This document shows positions 34,101 through 41,305 of a DNA stretch of 41,305 bases, piece by piece (positions within the stretch are counted from its first letter, which is position 1; each line of letters opens with the position of its first letter). The stretch covers positions 1 through 41,305 of the forward strand of contig DATNBJ010000159.1 in the NCBI GenBank assembly GCA_035572055.1, given 5' to 3'. The DNA comes from Thermoleophilaceae bacterium. Its GTDB lineage: Bacteria; Actinomycetota; Thermoleophilia; Solirubrobacterales; Thermoleophilaceae. A program made the position numbers and the translations under genes. A model generated the notes under the pieces. That model had not been told where the DNA came from and did not search any database. It saw nothing but the letters and a program-made list of their open reading frames with translations.

Positions 34101-35131
34101 TCGCGCCGGATCTACCTCACCCGATCGTCCAAGCGCCCATGGCGGGCGGACCCTCGACGGTGGAGCTGGCGGCGGCAGTGAGCGGGGCGGGCGGGCTCGG
34201 CTTTCTCGCCGCCGGCTACAAGACGGGCGACGCGCTGCGGGAGGACATCCACGCGCTTCGCGCTCTCACCGACGCGCCGTTCGGAGTGAACCTGTTCGTG
34301 CCGCGAGAGGACGTCATCGACGAGGCGGTGCTCGCCGCGTACGTCGAGCGGCTGCGCGAGTTCGGCGAGCTGGGGGAGCCGCGCTGGGACGACGACTACT
34401 GGCAGGAGAAGGTCGACGTGCTCGTCTCGGAGCGCGTGCCCGTCGTGTCGTTCACGTTCGCGCTGCCCTCGGAAGCGGCGCTGCGCTCTCTGCGTGACGC
34501 CGGCAGCGAGCTGTGGATGACGGTGACGTCCCTGGCTGAGGCGCGGGCGGCCGCTGCGGTCGGCTTCGACGCGCTCGTGCTTCAGGGGGTCGAGGCCGGC
34601 GGGCACCGCGGGTCGTTCACAGACGGCAAGGAGGGCGAGGGTCTGTCGGCGCTGGCGCTCCTGCGGCTCGTGGCGACCGAGTTCCCGGAGCTGCCGCTCG
34701 TGGCGGCCGGCGGGATAGCGGACGGCCCAGGCGTCGCGGCGGTGCTGGCGGCCGGTGCGGTGGCGGCGCAGCTCGGCACGGCGTTCATGGTGTCGCCCGA
34801 GGCGGCGACGAACGGCGCGCATCGCGAGGCGCTGGCGGAGGACGCGCCCACCGCGCTGACCCGGGCCTTCAGCGGCCGAACCGCCCGCGGGATCGTGAAC
34901 GCCTTCATGCGCGACCACGAGGAGGCGGCGCCGGTCGCCTACCCCCAGGTCCACCACCTGACCTCACCGATGCGAGCAGCGGCCCGGAAGCGCGGCGACC
35001 GCGACGCCTTCAACCTCTGGGCCGGCCAGACCCACAGGCTGGCGAGGCCGGAGCCGGCGGCGGACATCGTGCGGCGACTGAGCGGCGAGGCGCGCGAGGC
35101 GCTGGAATCCGCCGCAAAACGACTCACCTAG
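34097..35131 (+). CDS. nitronate monooxygenase (NMO / 2-nitropropane dioxygenase family)
   Basis: GTGA overlap with gltB. IVQAPMAGGPSTVELAAAVSGAGGLGFLAAGY, LVLQGVEAGGHRG, and VAAGGIADG. Confidence 0.9.
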   Translation: MIAPDLPHPIVQAPMAGGPSTVELAAAVSGAGGLGFLAAGYKTGDALREDIHALRALTDAPFGVNLFVPREDVIDEAVLAAYVERLREFGELGEPRWDDDYWQEKVDVLVSERVPVVSFTFALPSEAALRSLRDAGSELWMTVTSLAEARAAAAVGFDALVLQGVEAGGHRGSFTDGKEGEGLSALALLRLVATEFPELPLVAAGGIADGPGVAAVLAAGAVAAQLGTAFMVSPEAATNGAHREALAEDAPTALTRAFSGRTARGIVNAFMRDHEEAAPVAYPQVHHLTSPMRAAARKRGDRDAFNLWAGQTHRLARPEPAADIVRRLSGEAREALESAAKRLT

Positions 35132-35146
35132 GACGCGAGTGGAGTG

Positions 35147-35170
35147 TTGTGGTCGCTATAGCGACCACAA
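35147..35170. terminator. 10-bp perfect hairpin TTGTGGTCGC-TATA-GCGACCACAA between convergent genes
   Basis: Read directly. It lies 16 nt after the NMO stop and 37 nt after the stop of the minus-strand 95-aa gene. There is no strong U-tract, so it is a putative bidirectional terminator or stabiliser. Confidence 0.45.
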
Positions 35171-35206
35171 ACGTACAGTCGGCGATACGGGCCGCCGGAG
35201 CCGCCC

Positions 35207-35494
35207 TCATCGCTTTCGTTCGGCTCGCCCCAGCAGCCGCCGCCACAGGCTCGGCGGACGCGGCTGCGTGCGAAGCCACTCGTCGCGCGACGGCAGCCGG
35301 CCCGCCTTCCGGGCCGCCATCGCGCACTGAGTGTGCGCGTGGCGCCGCCGCGAGGTGTCGCCCTCGGGCGCGATCAGCACGTGCTCGCTCAGCGCGGGGA
35401 GGAAGCCGCTGCAGAAGGGGCAGCGGTAGGTGGCCGGCTTGCGGTTCTGCGCCCGGCGGACCGTCCACCAGCGGGCGGGCTCGAGCTTCGCCAT
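35207..35494 (-). CDS. small basic protein with CPFC...H..C motif (95 aa), unknown function
   Basis: MAKLEPARWWTVRRAQNRKPATYRCPFCSGFLPALSEHVLIAPEGDTSRRRHAHTQC resembles a conserved actinobacterial small protein. High GC3. Confidence 0.6.
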   Translation of the reverse strand: MAKLEPARWWTVRRAQNRKPATYRCPFCSGFLPALSEHVLIAPEGDTSRRRHAHTQCAMAARKAGRLPSRDEWLRTQPRPPSLWRRLLGRAERKR

Positions 35495-35513
35495 CCCGGG
35501 GAGTCTGACTTCA

Positions 35514-35545
35514 GAAAACGGTCGAGGGCCCCGTGGGGCCCTCGA
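35514..35545 (-). terminator. intrinsic-terminator-like hairpin after the FHA gene
   Basis: The minus-strand RNA reads UCGAGGGCCCC-AC-GGGGCCCUCGA followed by CCGUUUUCUGA. It lies 54 nt after the FHA stop and about 20 nt before the next ATG (35494). Confidence 0.5.
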
Positions 35546-35598
35546 TCCACTCCTCCCTCAACCGGCGCCTCTCGGTCCAGCACCCACAGCGCGTCGCC

Positions 35599-35985
35599 TC
35601 ATCCGACCGCGCTGCCAACCCCCTCGGGTGCGCCGTCGAGGCTCTCCCCGGTCAAGCTGATGAAGTAGAGATGGAAGCGCCCGATCACGATCTCGTCGCC
35701 GTCCTCGAGCTCGTGCCAGTCGACCCGCTCACCGTTCAAGAACACCCCGTTCAGGCTGCGGTCGTCGAGGATCCGGACGCTTCCCTCATCCCTGTGAAGC
35801 AACGCGTGGCGGCGTGACACGGTCGGATCGTCGAACCGCACGTGCGCGGCCAGGCTGCGGCCGAGACGCGTCCAGCCCTCCTCGAGAATTACTACGCGGA
35901 TCTCGCCCTCGTCGTTGAACGCGAGGTATTCGGCTCCGGGGTCGAGGTCCGAGCGCGTGTTCGCGAGCCAGGTCGGGTGCTCCAC
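35599..35985 (-). CDS. FHA domain protein (minimum extent from GTG 35985; the frame stays open and coding-like upstream to 36210)
   Basis: WTRLGRSLAAHVRFDDPTVSRRHALLHRDEGSVRILDDRSLNGVFLNGERV is a canonical FHA core. The upstream in-frame 75 codons encode a CxxC...CxxC zinc ribbon. Confidence 0.85.
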   Translation of the reverse strand: MEHPTWLANTRSDLDPGAEYLAFNDEGEIRVVILEEGWTRLGRSLAAHVRFDDPTVSRRHALLHRDEGSVRILDDRSLNGVFLNGERVDWHELEDGDEIVIGRFHLYFISLTGESLDGAPEGVGSAVG

Positions 35986-36256
35986 CTCGTGTGTCCCGAT
36001 CGGCTCCGCGGGAGCCTTCTCCCCGAAGATCGATGCCCTCCGGAAGCGCCCCGCGTGGCAGTGGGGGCACGACGGGATCTCATCGCGCTCGTGAAGGGCA
36101 ATCGCGAACCCGCACGACTCGCATCGGAATGAGCCCGCTCCTGCCAGCGTGCCGGCGACGAAGGAGTCGAATGTCTCTCCCTGGGGCCTGATCGTGCGGA
36201 TGATAACGAATTAACTTGGCTCTGACAGGCCTAAAAATGCGGTATCTGCGAAAAAG

Positions 36257-36287
36257 ATGACAAAAATGGCCTAAGGACCTACCTAAT
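36257..36287 (+). promoter_or_regulatory. candidate promoter ATGACA-17 nt-TACCTA(AT) within the AT-rich island
   Basis: Read directly. It points toward the 36382 ORF. Weak call. Confidence 0.3.
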
Positions 36288-36381
36288 TTGGGCCAGATCG
36301 TCGAAATGGGCACTTCGCCGCTCGAGTGAGAAAATCCGTGCATCTGAGAGGGTTTCGACGGCCCCGGCCGAAGTCGCCCCC

Positions 36382-36627
36382 ATGGCCCACGATCTCGCGT
36401 CGATGATCCTCCGTTCGAGCCTTGGCGCGCTCGGACAACACGGCTCCAGCTGCACGAAGTGCCGCCGCACGCCGCTGGCGGGTGAGCTGCTGCACGTGTT
36501 CGAGTCCGGGCGGAAGCTCTGCTCGCTGTGCCTCGCCGAGCTGCCCGAGGCTGAGCGCTCGCCGCTGCGCTCCGAGCGCGTCCACGTCGCCGACAAGCGA
36601 CTGTCGGTCATCCCCCGCGCGGCCTAG
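36382..36627 (+). CDS. small zinc-ribbon-type protein (81 aa)
   Basis: CTKCRRTPLAGELLHVFESGRKLCSLC gives CxxC-17-CxxC. High GC3. No SD. Confidence 0.5.
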   Translation: MAHDLASMILRSSLGALGQHGSSCTKCRRTPLAGELLHVFESGRKLCSLCLAELPEAERSPLRSERVHVADKRLSVIPRAA

Positions 36628-36656
36628 TCGGCCTCGATCCATAGAATCCGCGCCGG

Positions 36657-37190
36657 ATGAACCCCGTCCGTGCGCACGTGACCATCTCCGCTCCGCGCGA
36701 GGAGGTCTTCGACCTCATCGCCGACCTGTCCGCCCGCCCCGGCTGGTGCGGCCACTACCAGCGCGAGTACCACCTCACCCGGCCGCGATCCTCCGGGGAG
36801 GGGGCGGGCGCGCGCTTCAAGGTGAGGGCGGGGCTGAACAAGACCTACGTGCAGCTCACGGTGGTCGAGGCGGCGCGCCCGCGGCTGATCCGCGAGGAGC
36901 TGCGGATGTGGCGGCTGGGCCGGACGCGCGGGTTCGCCGAGTACGAGCTCGAGCCGGTCGGCCGCGGGGCCACGCGCGTCGCCCTGACCGTGTGGACCGA
37001 GCCCGGCACGCGCCTCGACGCGTTCAAGGAGAGCCTCGGCGGGCGGCGCTGGCTGAAGCGGAAGCTGAACAAGTCACTGAGCAAGCTGCGCCAGGTTTTC
37101 GAGGACGACAGGCGGAAGAAGCCGCTCGAGCGGGCGACCATCGCGGGGTACGAACCGGCCAAGGCGGCGCGGTTCGGGAGCACCGTATGA
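36657..37190 (+). CDS. SRPBCC (START/polyketide cyclase-like) family protein
   Basis: VRAHVTISAPREEVFDLIADLSARPGW... is a typical SRPBCC N-terminus. The product is 177 aa. Confidence 0.85.
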   Translation: MNPVRAHVTISAPREEVFDLIADLSARPGWCGHYQREYHLTRPRSSGEGAGARFKVRAGLNKTYVQLTVVEAARPRLIREELRMWRLGRTRGFAEYELEPVGRGATRVALTVWTEPGTRLDAFKESLGGRRWLKRKLNKSLSKLRQVFEDDRRKKPLERATIAGYEPAKAARFGSTV

Positions 37191-37747
37191 TGAGCGGCCG
37201 CATGAGGAGGCTGATCGTGATCGCGGCGCTCGCGGCGCTGCTTTTGACCACGGCGACGGGCTGCACCAAGAAGAGGGTTCTGCCCGCGCGAGAGGGCCTC
37301 GGCGTGGACGTCGGCGGGCTCACCTACACCGTCTTCATCACGCGCGAGCTGAACCCGCGGGACGTCGAGGACCGCGACTACATCCCGCCGACGGACCCGG
37401 GCACGGGCTTCGCCTGGTTCGGCGTGTTCCTGCAGGTCTGCAACTCGGACAACGGCGTCCCGAAGACGCCCACGAACGATCTGAGGATCGTCGACACGCA
37501 GGGCAACACCTACACGCCGACGGCGCTGCCGCCCACGGCGGTCTTCGCCTACCGCCCGGTCCAGCTCGACGCCAAGCGCTGCATTCCCGCGCCCGGCAGC
37601 GCGGCCTCCAGCGGACCCACCGCCGGCTCGCTGGTGGTTTTCAAGCTGCCGATCGCCGGCATCGAGAACCGGCCGCTCGACCTCGAGATCGCACCGCCCG
37701 CCACGGGCGAGGCGCCCAAGCGCCAGCGCATCGAGCTCGACATCTAG
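37187..37747 (+). CDS. lipoprotein, DUF4352-like beta-sandwich suspected
   Basis: ATGATGA overlap with the upstream stop. Signal MMSGRMRRLIVIAALAALLLTTATGC with a lipobox. Confidence 0.75.
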   Translation: MMSGRMRRLIVIAALAALLLTTATGCTKKRVLPAREGLGVDVGGLTYTVFITRELNPRDVEDRDYIPPTDPGTGFAWFGVFLQVCNSDNGVPKTPTNDLRIVDTQGNTYTPTALPPTAVFAYRPVQLDAKRCIPAPGSAASSGPTAGSLVVFKLPIAGIENRPLDLEIAPPATGEAPKRQRIELDI

Positions 37748-37780
37748 TCCGTAACGAGCCGGCCGCCGCGTCCGGTTAGG

Positions 37781-38929
37781 GTGCCCGCCGTGGAAGCGCG
37801 CCCGTCGCTGACCGTCGTCGCTCGCGAGTGGCTGCGGATCGGCTGCATCGGCTTCGGCGGCCCGCCCACCCACATCGCGCTGCTGCGGGAGCTGTGCGTC
37901 GATCGCAAGCGATGGCTGGCGGCCGCGGAGTTCGAGGACGCGATCGCGGCATGCAACCTCCTGCCGGGTCCCGCCTCCACCCAGCTCTCGATCTTCTGCG
38001 CCTGGCGCCTGCGCGGCAGGGCGGGCGCGCTGGTCGGCGGCGCCTGCTTCATCGGACCGGGGCTGATCCTGATCCTCGCGCTCGCCGCGCTGTTCCTGGC
38101 GGGATCGCCGCCGCGCTGGGTGCGCGGCGCCGGCGCCGGAGCGGGCGCCGCCGTGGCCGCGGTGGCGGTGAACGCCGGCCTGGCGCTCCTGCCCGCCAGT
38201 TGGCGCCGCGCGGTGGGCTCCTACCGGGCCCGCTGGGTCGCCTACCTGGCAATCGGCGCCACGGCGGCGGCCACCGTCGGTCCCTGGCTCGTGCTGCTGC
38301 TCGTGGCGTGCGGCGCGGTGGAGGTCGTGTGGCAGCGGTCGGCCGCCGCGCCGGTGGTGTCCGCACTGCTGCCGCTCGGGGCGGCGAGCGTGGGGGGCCT
38401 CGGAGCGCTCGCCTGGGTGGCGTTCAAGGTCGGCGCTCTCTCCTACGGCGGGGGCTTCGTGATCATCCCGCTGATGCACGCCGACGCGGTCAGTCACTAC
38501 CACTGGATGACCGACGCGCAGTTCCTGAACGCGGTTGCGCTGGGGCAGGTGACCCCGGGGCCCGTGGTGCACACCGTGGCTGTGGTGGGCTACGCGGCGC
38601 GCGGGCTGGGCGGCGGGCTGCTCGCCGCCGCGGTGGCCTTCGCGCCGTCGTTCCTGTTCGTGCTCCTAGGCGCGGGCAGCTTCTCCAAGCTCCGCGGCAA
38701 CGCGACCGTGCGTGCGTTTCTCGATGGCGCGGGCCCCGCCGCGCTCGGCGCGATCCTCGGGTCCGCGATTCCGCTCGCGGGCGGGCTCGACGAGCTGTGG
38801 CAGGCGTTCGTGCTCGCGGGCGCCGCGGTGTGCCTGCTGGCGCTGCGCCTGGGCGTGGTGATCACGCTGGTGGCCGCGGGCGCCGTCGGCGTGGTGATCG
38901 CGCTGGCCGGCGGGCCGCTTCCGAACTAG
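37781..38929 (+). CDS. chrA: chromate transporter ChrA (fused two-domain CHR family)
   Basis: WLRIGCIGFGGPPTHIALLRE, LLPGPASTQL, and a second repeat FKVGALSYGGGFVIIPLM...LGQVTPGPV. Confidence 0.9.
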   Translation: MPAVEARPSLTVVAREWLRIGCIGFGGPPTHIALLRELCVDRKRWLAAAEFEDAIAACNLLPGPASTQLSIFCAWRLRGRAGALVGGACFIGPGLILILALAALFLAGSPPRWVRGAGAGAGAAVAAVAVNAGLALLPASWRRAVGSYRARWVAYLAIGATAAATVGPWLVLLLVACGAVEVVWQRSAAAPVVSALLPLGAASVGGLGALAWVAFKVGALSYGGGFVIIPLMHADAVSHYHWMTDAQFLNAVALGQVTPGPVVHTVAVVGYAARGLGGGLLAAAVAFAPSFLFVLLGAGSFSKLRGNATVRAFLDGAGPAALGAILGSAIPLAGGLDELWQAFVLAGAAVCLLALRLGVVITLVAAGAVGVVIALAGGPLPN

Positions 38930-40650
38930 CGCAGGCCGGCCGCGAGCACGGCGTTGGCGGCGGGCGCCGCGGTGTCACCGCCCGCGCCGGCCCGGACCAG
39001 CAGCACGCACACCGCGATCTTGGGGTGGCGCACGGGGGCAAAGCCGGTGAACCAGGCGTCGGTCTTGCTGCCGGGCGGCTCCTCGGGCGCGCTCGGTCCG
39101 GTCGGCCCGCTGGCGCCCTTGGGCGGCACCGTGCTCTCGAGCTCGGCGGTGCCCGTCTTGCCCGCCACGGTGGCGTTCGGGAGGGCCGCGCGGACGCCCG
39201 TCCCGTACTTCACCACGTCGATCATCATCCGCTCCACCGCTCGGGCCACCCGGCGGGAGGTGACCCGCACCGGCGGCGCCGCCTCCTCTCCGGGAACGAG
39301 GCTGGGCCGCCGCCTGAGGCCGCCCGACGCGATCGTCTGCGCCACCGACGCCAGCTCGAGCGGCGTGGCCAGCACCCGGCCCTGCCCGATGGCGGTGGAC
39401 CCGACCGCGAGCGGGGACCCGATCTCGTCCGCCGCCGGGATCGTGCTCGGCGCGGCACCCGGGATCGTCGGCTGCTCGTTGAAGCCGTAGCGCTCGGCCG
39501 CGCCCACCAGGCGCTTTGCGCCCACCTTCACTCCCAGCGGGGCGAACACCGAGTTGCACGAGCGGGCGAAGCTCTGGACCAGCGTGCCGCCGCAGTACTC
39601 GCCGTTGGCGTTCTGCAGGTCCACGCCGTCGATCGTGGCCTTGGTGTCCACCGGGAACTCGGTGGTGGTCTTCGCGACGTGCGACTCGAGCACGGCGGTG
39701 GCGGTGATCACCTTGAAGGTGGAACCCGGCGGCTGGGGCGCCGAGAAGGCGATGCCCGCCAGCGCGCGGACCTCGCCGGTGCGGGCGTCGAGGGCCGCGA
39801 TTCCGCCGAAGCGGCCGGCGAGCGCCGTGACCGCCGCGGCCTGCACCTCGGGGTCGATCGTGGTGCGCACGTCCGGCGCCGGGCGCGGCGCGACGCTGGC
39901 GAGGATCTGGCTCCCGGCCATCAGCTCGCCGCCCGGCGTGCCGGCCACGCGCGTCTCGAGGGCGCGCTCCAGGCCGGACAGGCCGATGGGAGTGTCCGCG
40001 GGGAACCCGCGCGCGTAGAGGGCCTGGCGGTCCGCCGCGGTCAGGGCCTGGCCGACGCTCCCGGCGATCGACTCGCCCACGGACCCCAGCGGGTAGCTGC
40101 GCGAGTCTCCCGGCCCCTTGGCGATCGTCCTGCCGTTGTCCGCGAGGATCGCCGCCCGCTCGGGCGCGCGTGTGACGCGCTTGAGCTGGGCGCCTCGGGG
40201 GAGGCCGGGGAAGGCCAGGTTGGGGGCCCAGCCGAGGTGCCCGCCCTTGGCGCGCAGGCGCAGCTCCGCGTTCACGGGCCCGAAGATGCGCGTGTTCACG
40301 GTCATCGGCACGCTGACGATTCCCGAGCCGGCGTCCTTCGGCTCGCGCGCGATGATGCTCTGGGCGGTCGCCGTATCCCGCGCACGTGTATAGGCGGCGA
40401 TGAACGCCGCCTGCGAGTAGCGCGCCTTCGAGGCGTCGGTGAGCAGCTCGTACATGCCGCGGTAGTCGCCTCTTCGCCAGGCGGCCACGTAGCGGGCGGC
40501 GAGCTTCTCGGAGGACGACTTGTGGCCCGCGCCGATCAGGACGCCGGCCGCAAGCGAGACCGCCGCCAGCACACCCAGGGCGATCATGCGGTGGCGGCGC
40601 GCGGCGCGCGCCCGCGCCGTCCGTGGCGGGTCAAGTGTCAGGAGTCGCAC
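38926..40650 (-). CDS. class B penicillin-binding protein (transpeptidase)
   Basis: STFK (SxxK), SCN (SxN), and KTGTAE (KTG) motifs. It has an N-terminal TM segment IALGVLAAVSLAAGVLIGAG and a MecA_N-like domain. The start is uncertain: GTG 40689, GTG 40650 or ATG 40587. Confidence 0.9.
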   Translation of the reverse strand: MRLLTLDPPRTARARAARRHRMIALGVLAAVSLAAGVLIGAGHKSSSEKLAARYVAAWRRGDYRGMYELLTDASKARYSQAAFIAAYTRARDTATAQSIIAREPKDAGSGIVSVPMTVNTRIFGPVNAELRLRAKGGHLGWAPNLAFPGLPRGAQLKRVTRAPERAAILADNGRTIAKGPGDSRSYPLGSVGESIAGSVGQALTAADRQALYARGFPADTPIGLSGLERALETRVAGTPGGELMAGSQILASVAPRPAPDVRTTIDPEVQAAAVTALAGRFGGIAALDARTGEVRALAGIAFSAPQPPGSTFKVITATAVLESHVAKTTTEFPVDTKATIDGVDLQNANGEYCGGTLVQSFARSCNSVFAPLGVKVGAKRLVGAAERYGFNEQPTIPGAAPSTIPAADEIGSPLAVGSTAIGQGRVLATPLELASVAQTIASGGLRRRPSLVPGEEAAPPVRVTSRRVARAVERMMIDVVKYGTGVRAALPNATVAGKTGTAELESTVPPKGASGPTGPSAPEEPPGSKTDAWFTGFAPVRHPKIAVCVLLVRAGAGGDTAAPAANAVLAAGLR

Positions 40651-40679
40651 GGCTCTATGAGTAACTTCTGGGCCCGGCC

Positions 40680-41305
40680 GTGACCGCACTCGACTGGATC
40701 ATCGTCGCCTTCACCGTGCTCATGGCCGTGTGGGGCTATATGCAGGGGCTCGTGGTGGGGGGCCTGTCGCTGGGCGGCTTCATCGCCGGCGCGTTCGTCG
40801 GCTCGCGGCTCGGTCCGCTGCTCCTGTCCGGCGGCTCGCGCTCGCCCTACGCGCCGCTGTTCACGCTCGTCGGCGCGGTGATCGTCGGCGGCATCCTGGC
40901 GTCGCTGCTCGAGGCGCTCGGCTTCCAGGTGCGCCGGCGGATGGGCAGGACGCTCGGGCAGCTCGACGGGATCGCCGGCAGCGTGCTGGTGGCCTGCTTC
41001 GGCCTGGGCCTCGTGTGGATCGCGGGAGCGGTGGCGCTTCAGACCCCCGGGGCTCGTCACCTGCGGCGGGACATTCAGCGTTCGCAGATCCTCCAGGCGC
41101 TGAACGACGCGCTGCCCCCGTCGGGCTCGCTGCTCAACGCCCTCGCCCGCTTCGATCCGCTCCCCGCCATCAACGGGCCGGAGGCCGACGTGCCGCCGCC
41201 CAGCTCGCGAATCGCACGGGATCCCGACGTTGCGGCAGCGGGTCGCAGCGTTGTTCGCATCCTCGGGACTGCTTGCGGGCTCGGAGTGCAGGGCTCGGGG
41301 TGGAT
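40680..41305 (+). CDS. MarP-like membrane serine protease (CvpA N-terminal domain plus trypsin-like domain), 3' end outside window
   Basis: Not in the ORF track because there is no stop within the window. GTG 40680 gives VTALDWIIVAFTVLMAVWGYMQGLVVGGLSLGGFIAGAFVG (CvpA-like TMs), and at the window edge VVRILGTACGLGVQGSGW (the start of an S1C protease domain). Confidence 0.8.
   Translation, partial: MTALDWIIVAFTVLMAVWGYMQGLVVGGLSLGGFIAGAFVGSRLGPLLLSGGSRSPYAPLFTLVGAVIVGGILASLLEALGFQVRRRMGRTLGQLDGIAGSVLVACFGLGLVWIAGAVALQTPGARHLRRDIQRSQILQALNDALPPSGSLLNALARFDPLPAINGPEADVPPPSSRIARDPDVAAAGRSVVRILGTACGLGVQGSGW

Noticed and set aside
36080-36343. 87-aa minus-strand ORF crossing the AT-rich island
   Set aside because: It has lower GC3 than the overlapping zinc-ribbon frame, runs through the AT-rich promoter-like region, and has no motif. 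The zinc-ribbon frame explains the coding signal better.
36845-40683. Long overlapping ORFs: 36845..38572 (-), 575 aa, and 37828..40683 (+), 951 aa
   Set aside because: Both run antisense or out of frame to ChrA, the lipoprotein and the PBP, all of which have diagnostic motifs. Their translations are Arg/Gly/Ala/Pro repeats typical of wrong-frame high-GC sequence.
1-41305. Search for CRISPR arrays, tRNA/rRNA genes, transposases, integrases, phage genes, or defence-system hallmarks (nucleases, reverse transcriptases, STAND/AAA defence ATPases)
   Set aside because: No periodic repeat-spacer structure, cloverleaf-sized conserved RNA or recombinase-like ORF was seen. All intergenic gaps are 215 nt or shorter, and GC content is uniform apart from short promoter-like dips. 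There is therefore no evidence of a mobile or defence island in this window.

Overview
High-GC (about 70%+) chromosomal window with Actinomycetota-like gene content; the taxon is an inference. It is densely packed, mostly with housekeeping and metabolic genes. I saw no rRNA, tRNA, CRISPR array, transposase or integrase.

Gene content, left to right:
- Two adjacent acyl-CoA dehydrogenase (ACAD) genes.
- Hemerythrin, an ECF sigma factor and a membrane-anchored TolB-like beta-propeller.
- A cell-wall-binding lipoprotein.
- A third ACAD translationally coupled to a small ferredoxin, then a cupin.
- CtaG-like cytochrome oxidase assembly factor.
- An envelope-stress (Psp) neighbourhood: pspA-pspAA converging on htpX-pspAB, with two uncharacterised genes in between.
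- A two-gene GMC-type dehydrogenase.
- An M23 peptidase preceded by a structured leader (possible c-di-AMP/ydaO-type riboswitch), then a methyltransferase.
- lysA-hom-thrC-thrB plus a coupled NUDIX gene.
- Glutathione-independent formaldehyde dehydrogenase, a MATE exporter, an amidase and an orphan ParA-like ATPase.
- A stand-alone 1.5k-aa glutamate synthase large subunit coupled to a nitronate monooxygenase.
- A cluster of small zinc-ribbon and FHA proteins around an AT-rich island.
- SRPBCC protein, lipoprotein, ChrA, a class B PBP and a MarP-like protease (3' truncated).

Most notable observations:
- An in-frame amber codon at codon 13 of an otherwise intact ACAD.
- An FHA gene whose zinc-ribbon-encoding N-terminal extension has no canonical start codon.
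- A thrC whose conserved N-terminus is reachable only from a CTG that overlaps the hom stop.
- Several palindromic or hairpin control elements.
- Orphan genes embedded in the Psp locus.

I found no clear, self-contained novel multi-gene system. The candidates are modest and flagged as such.
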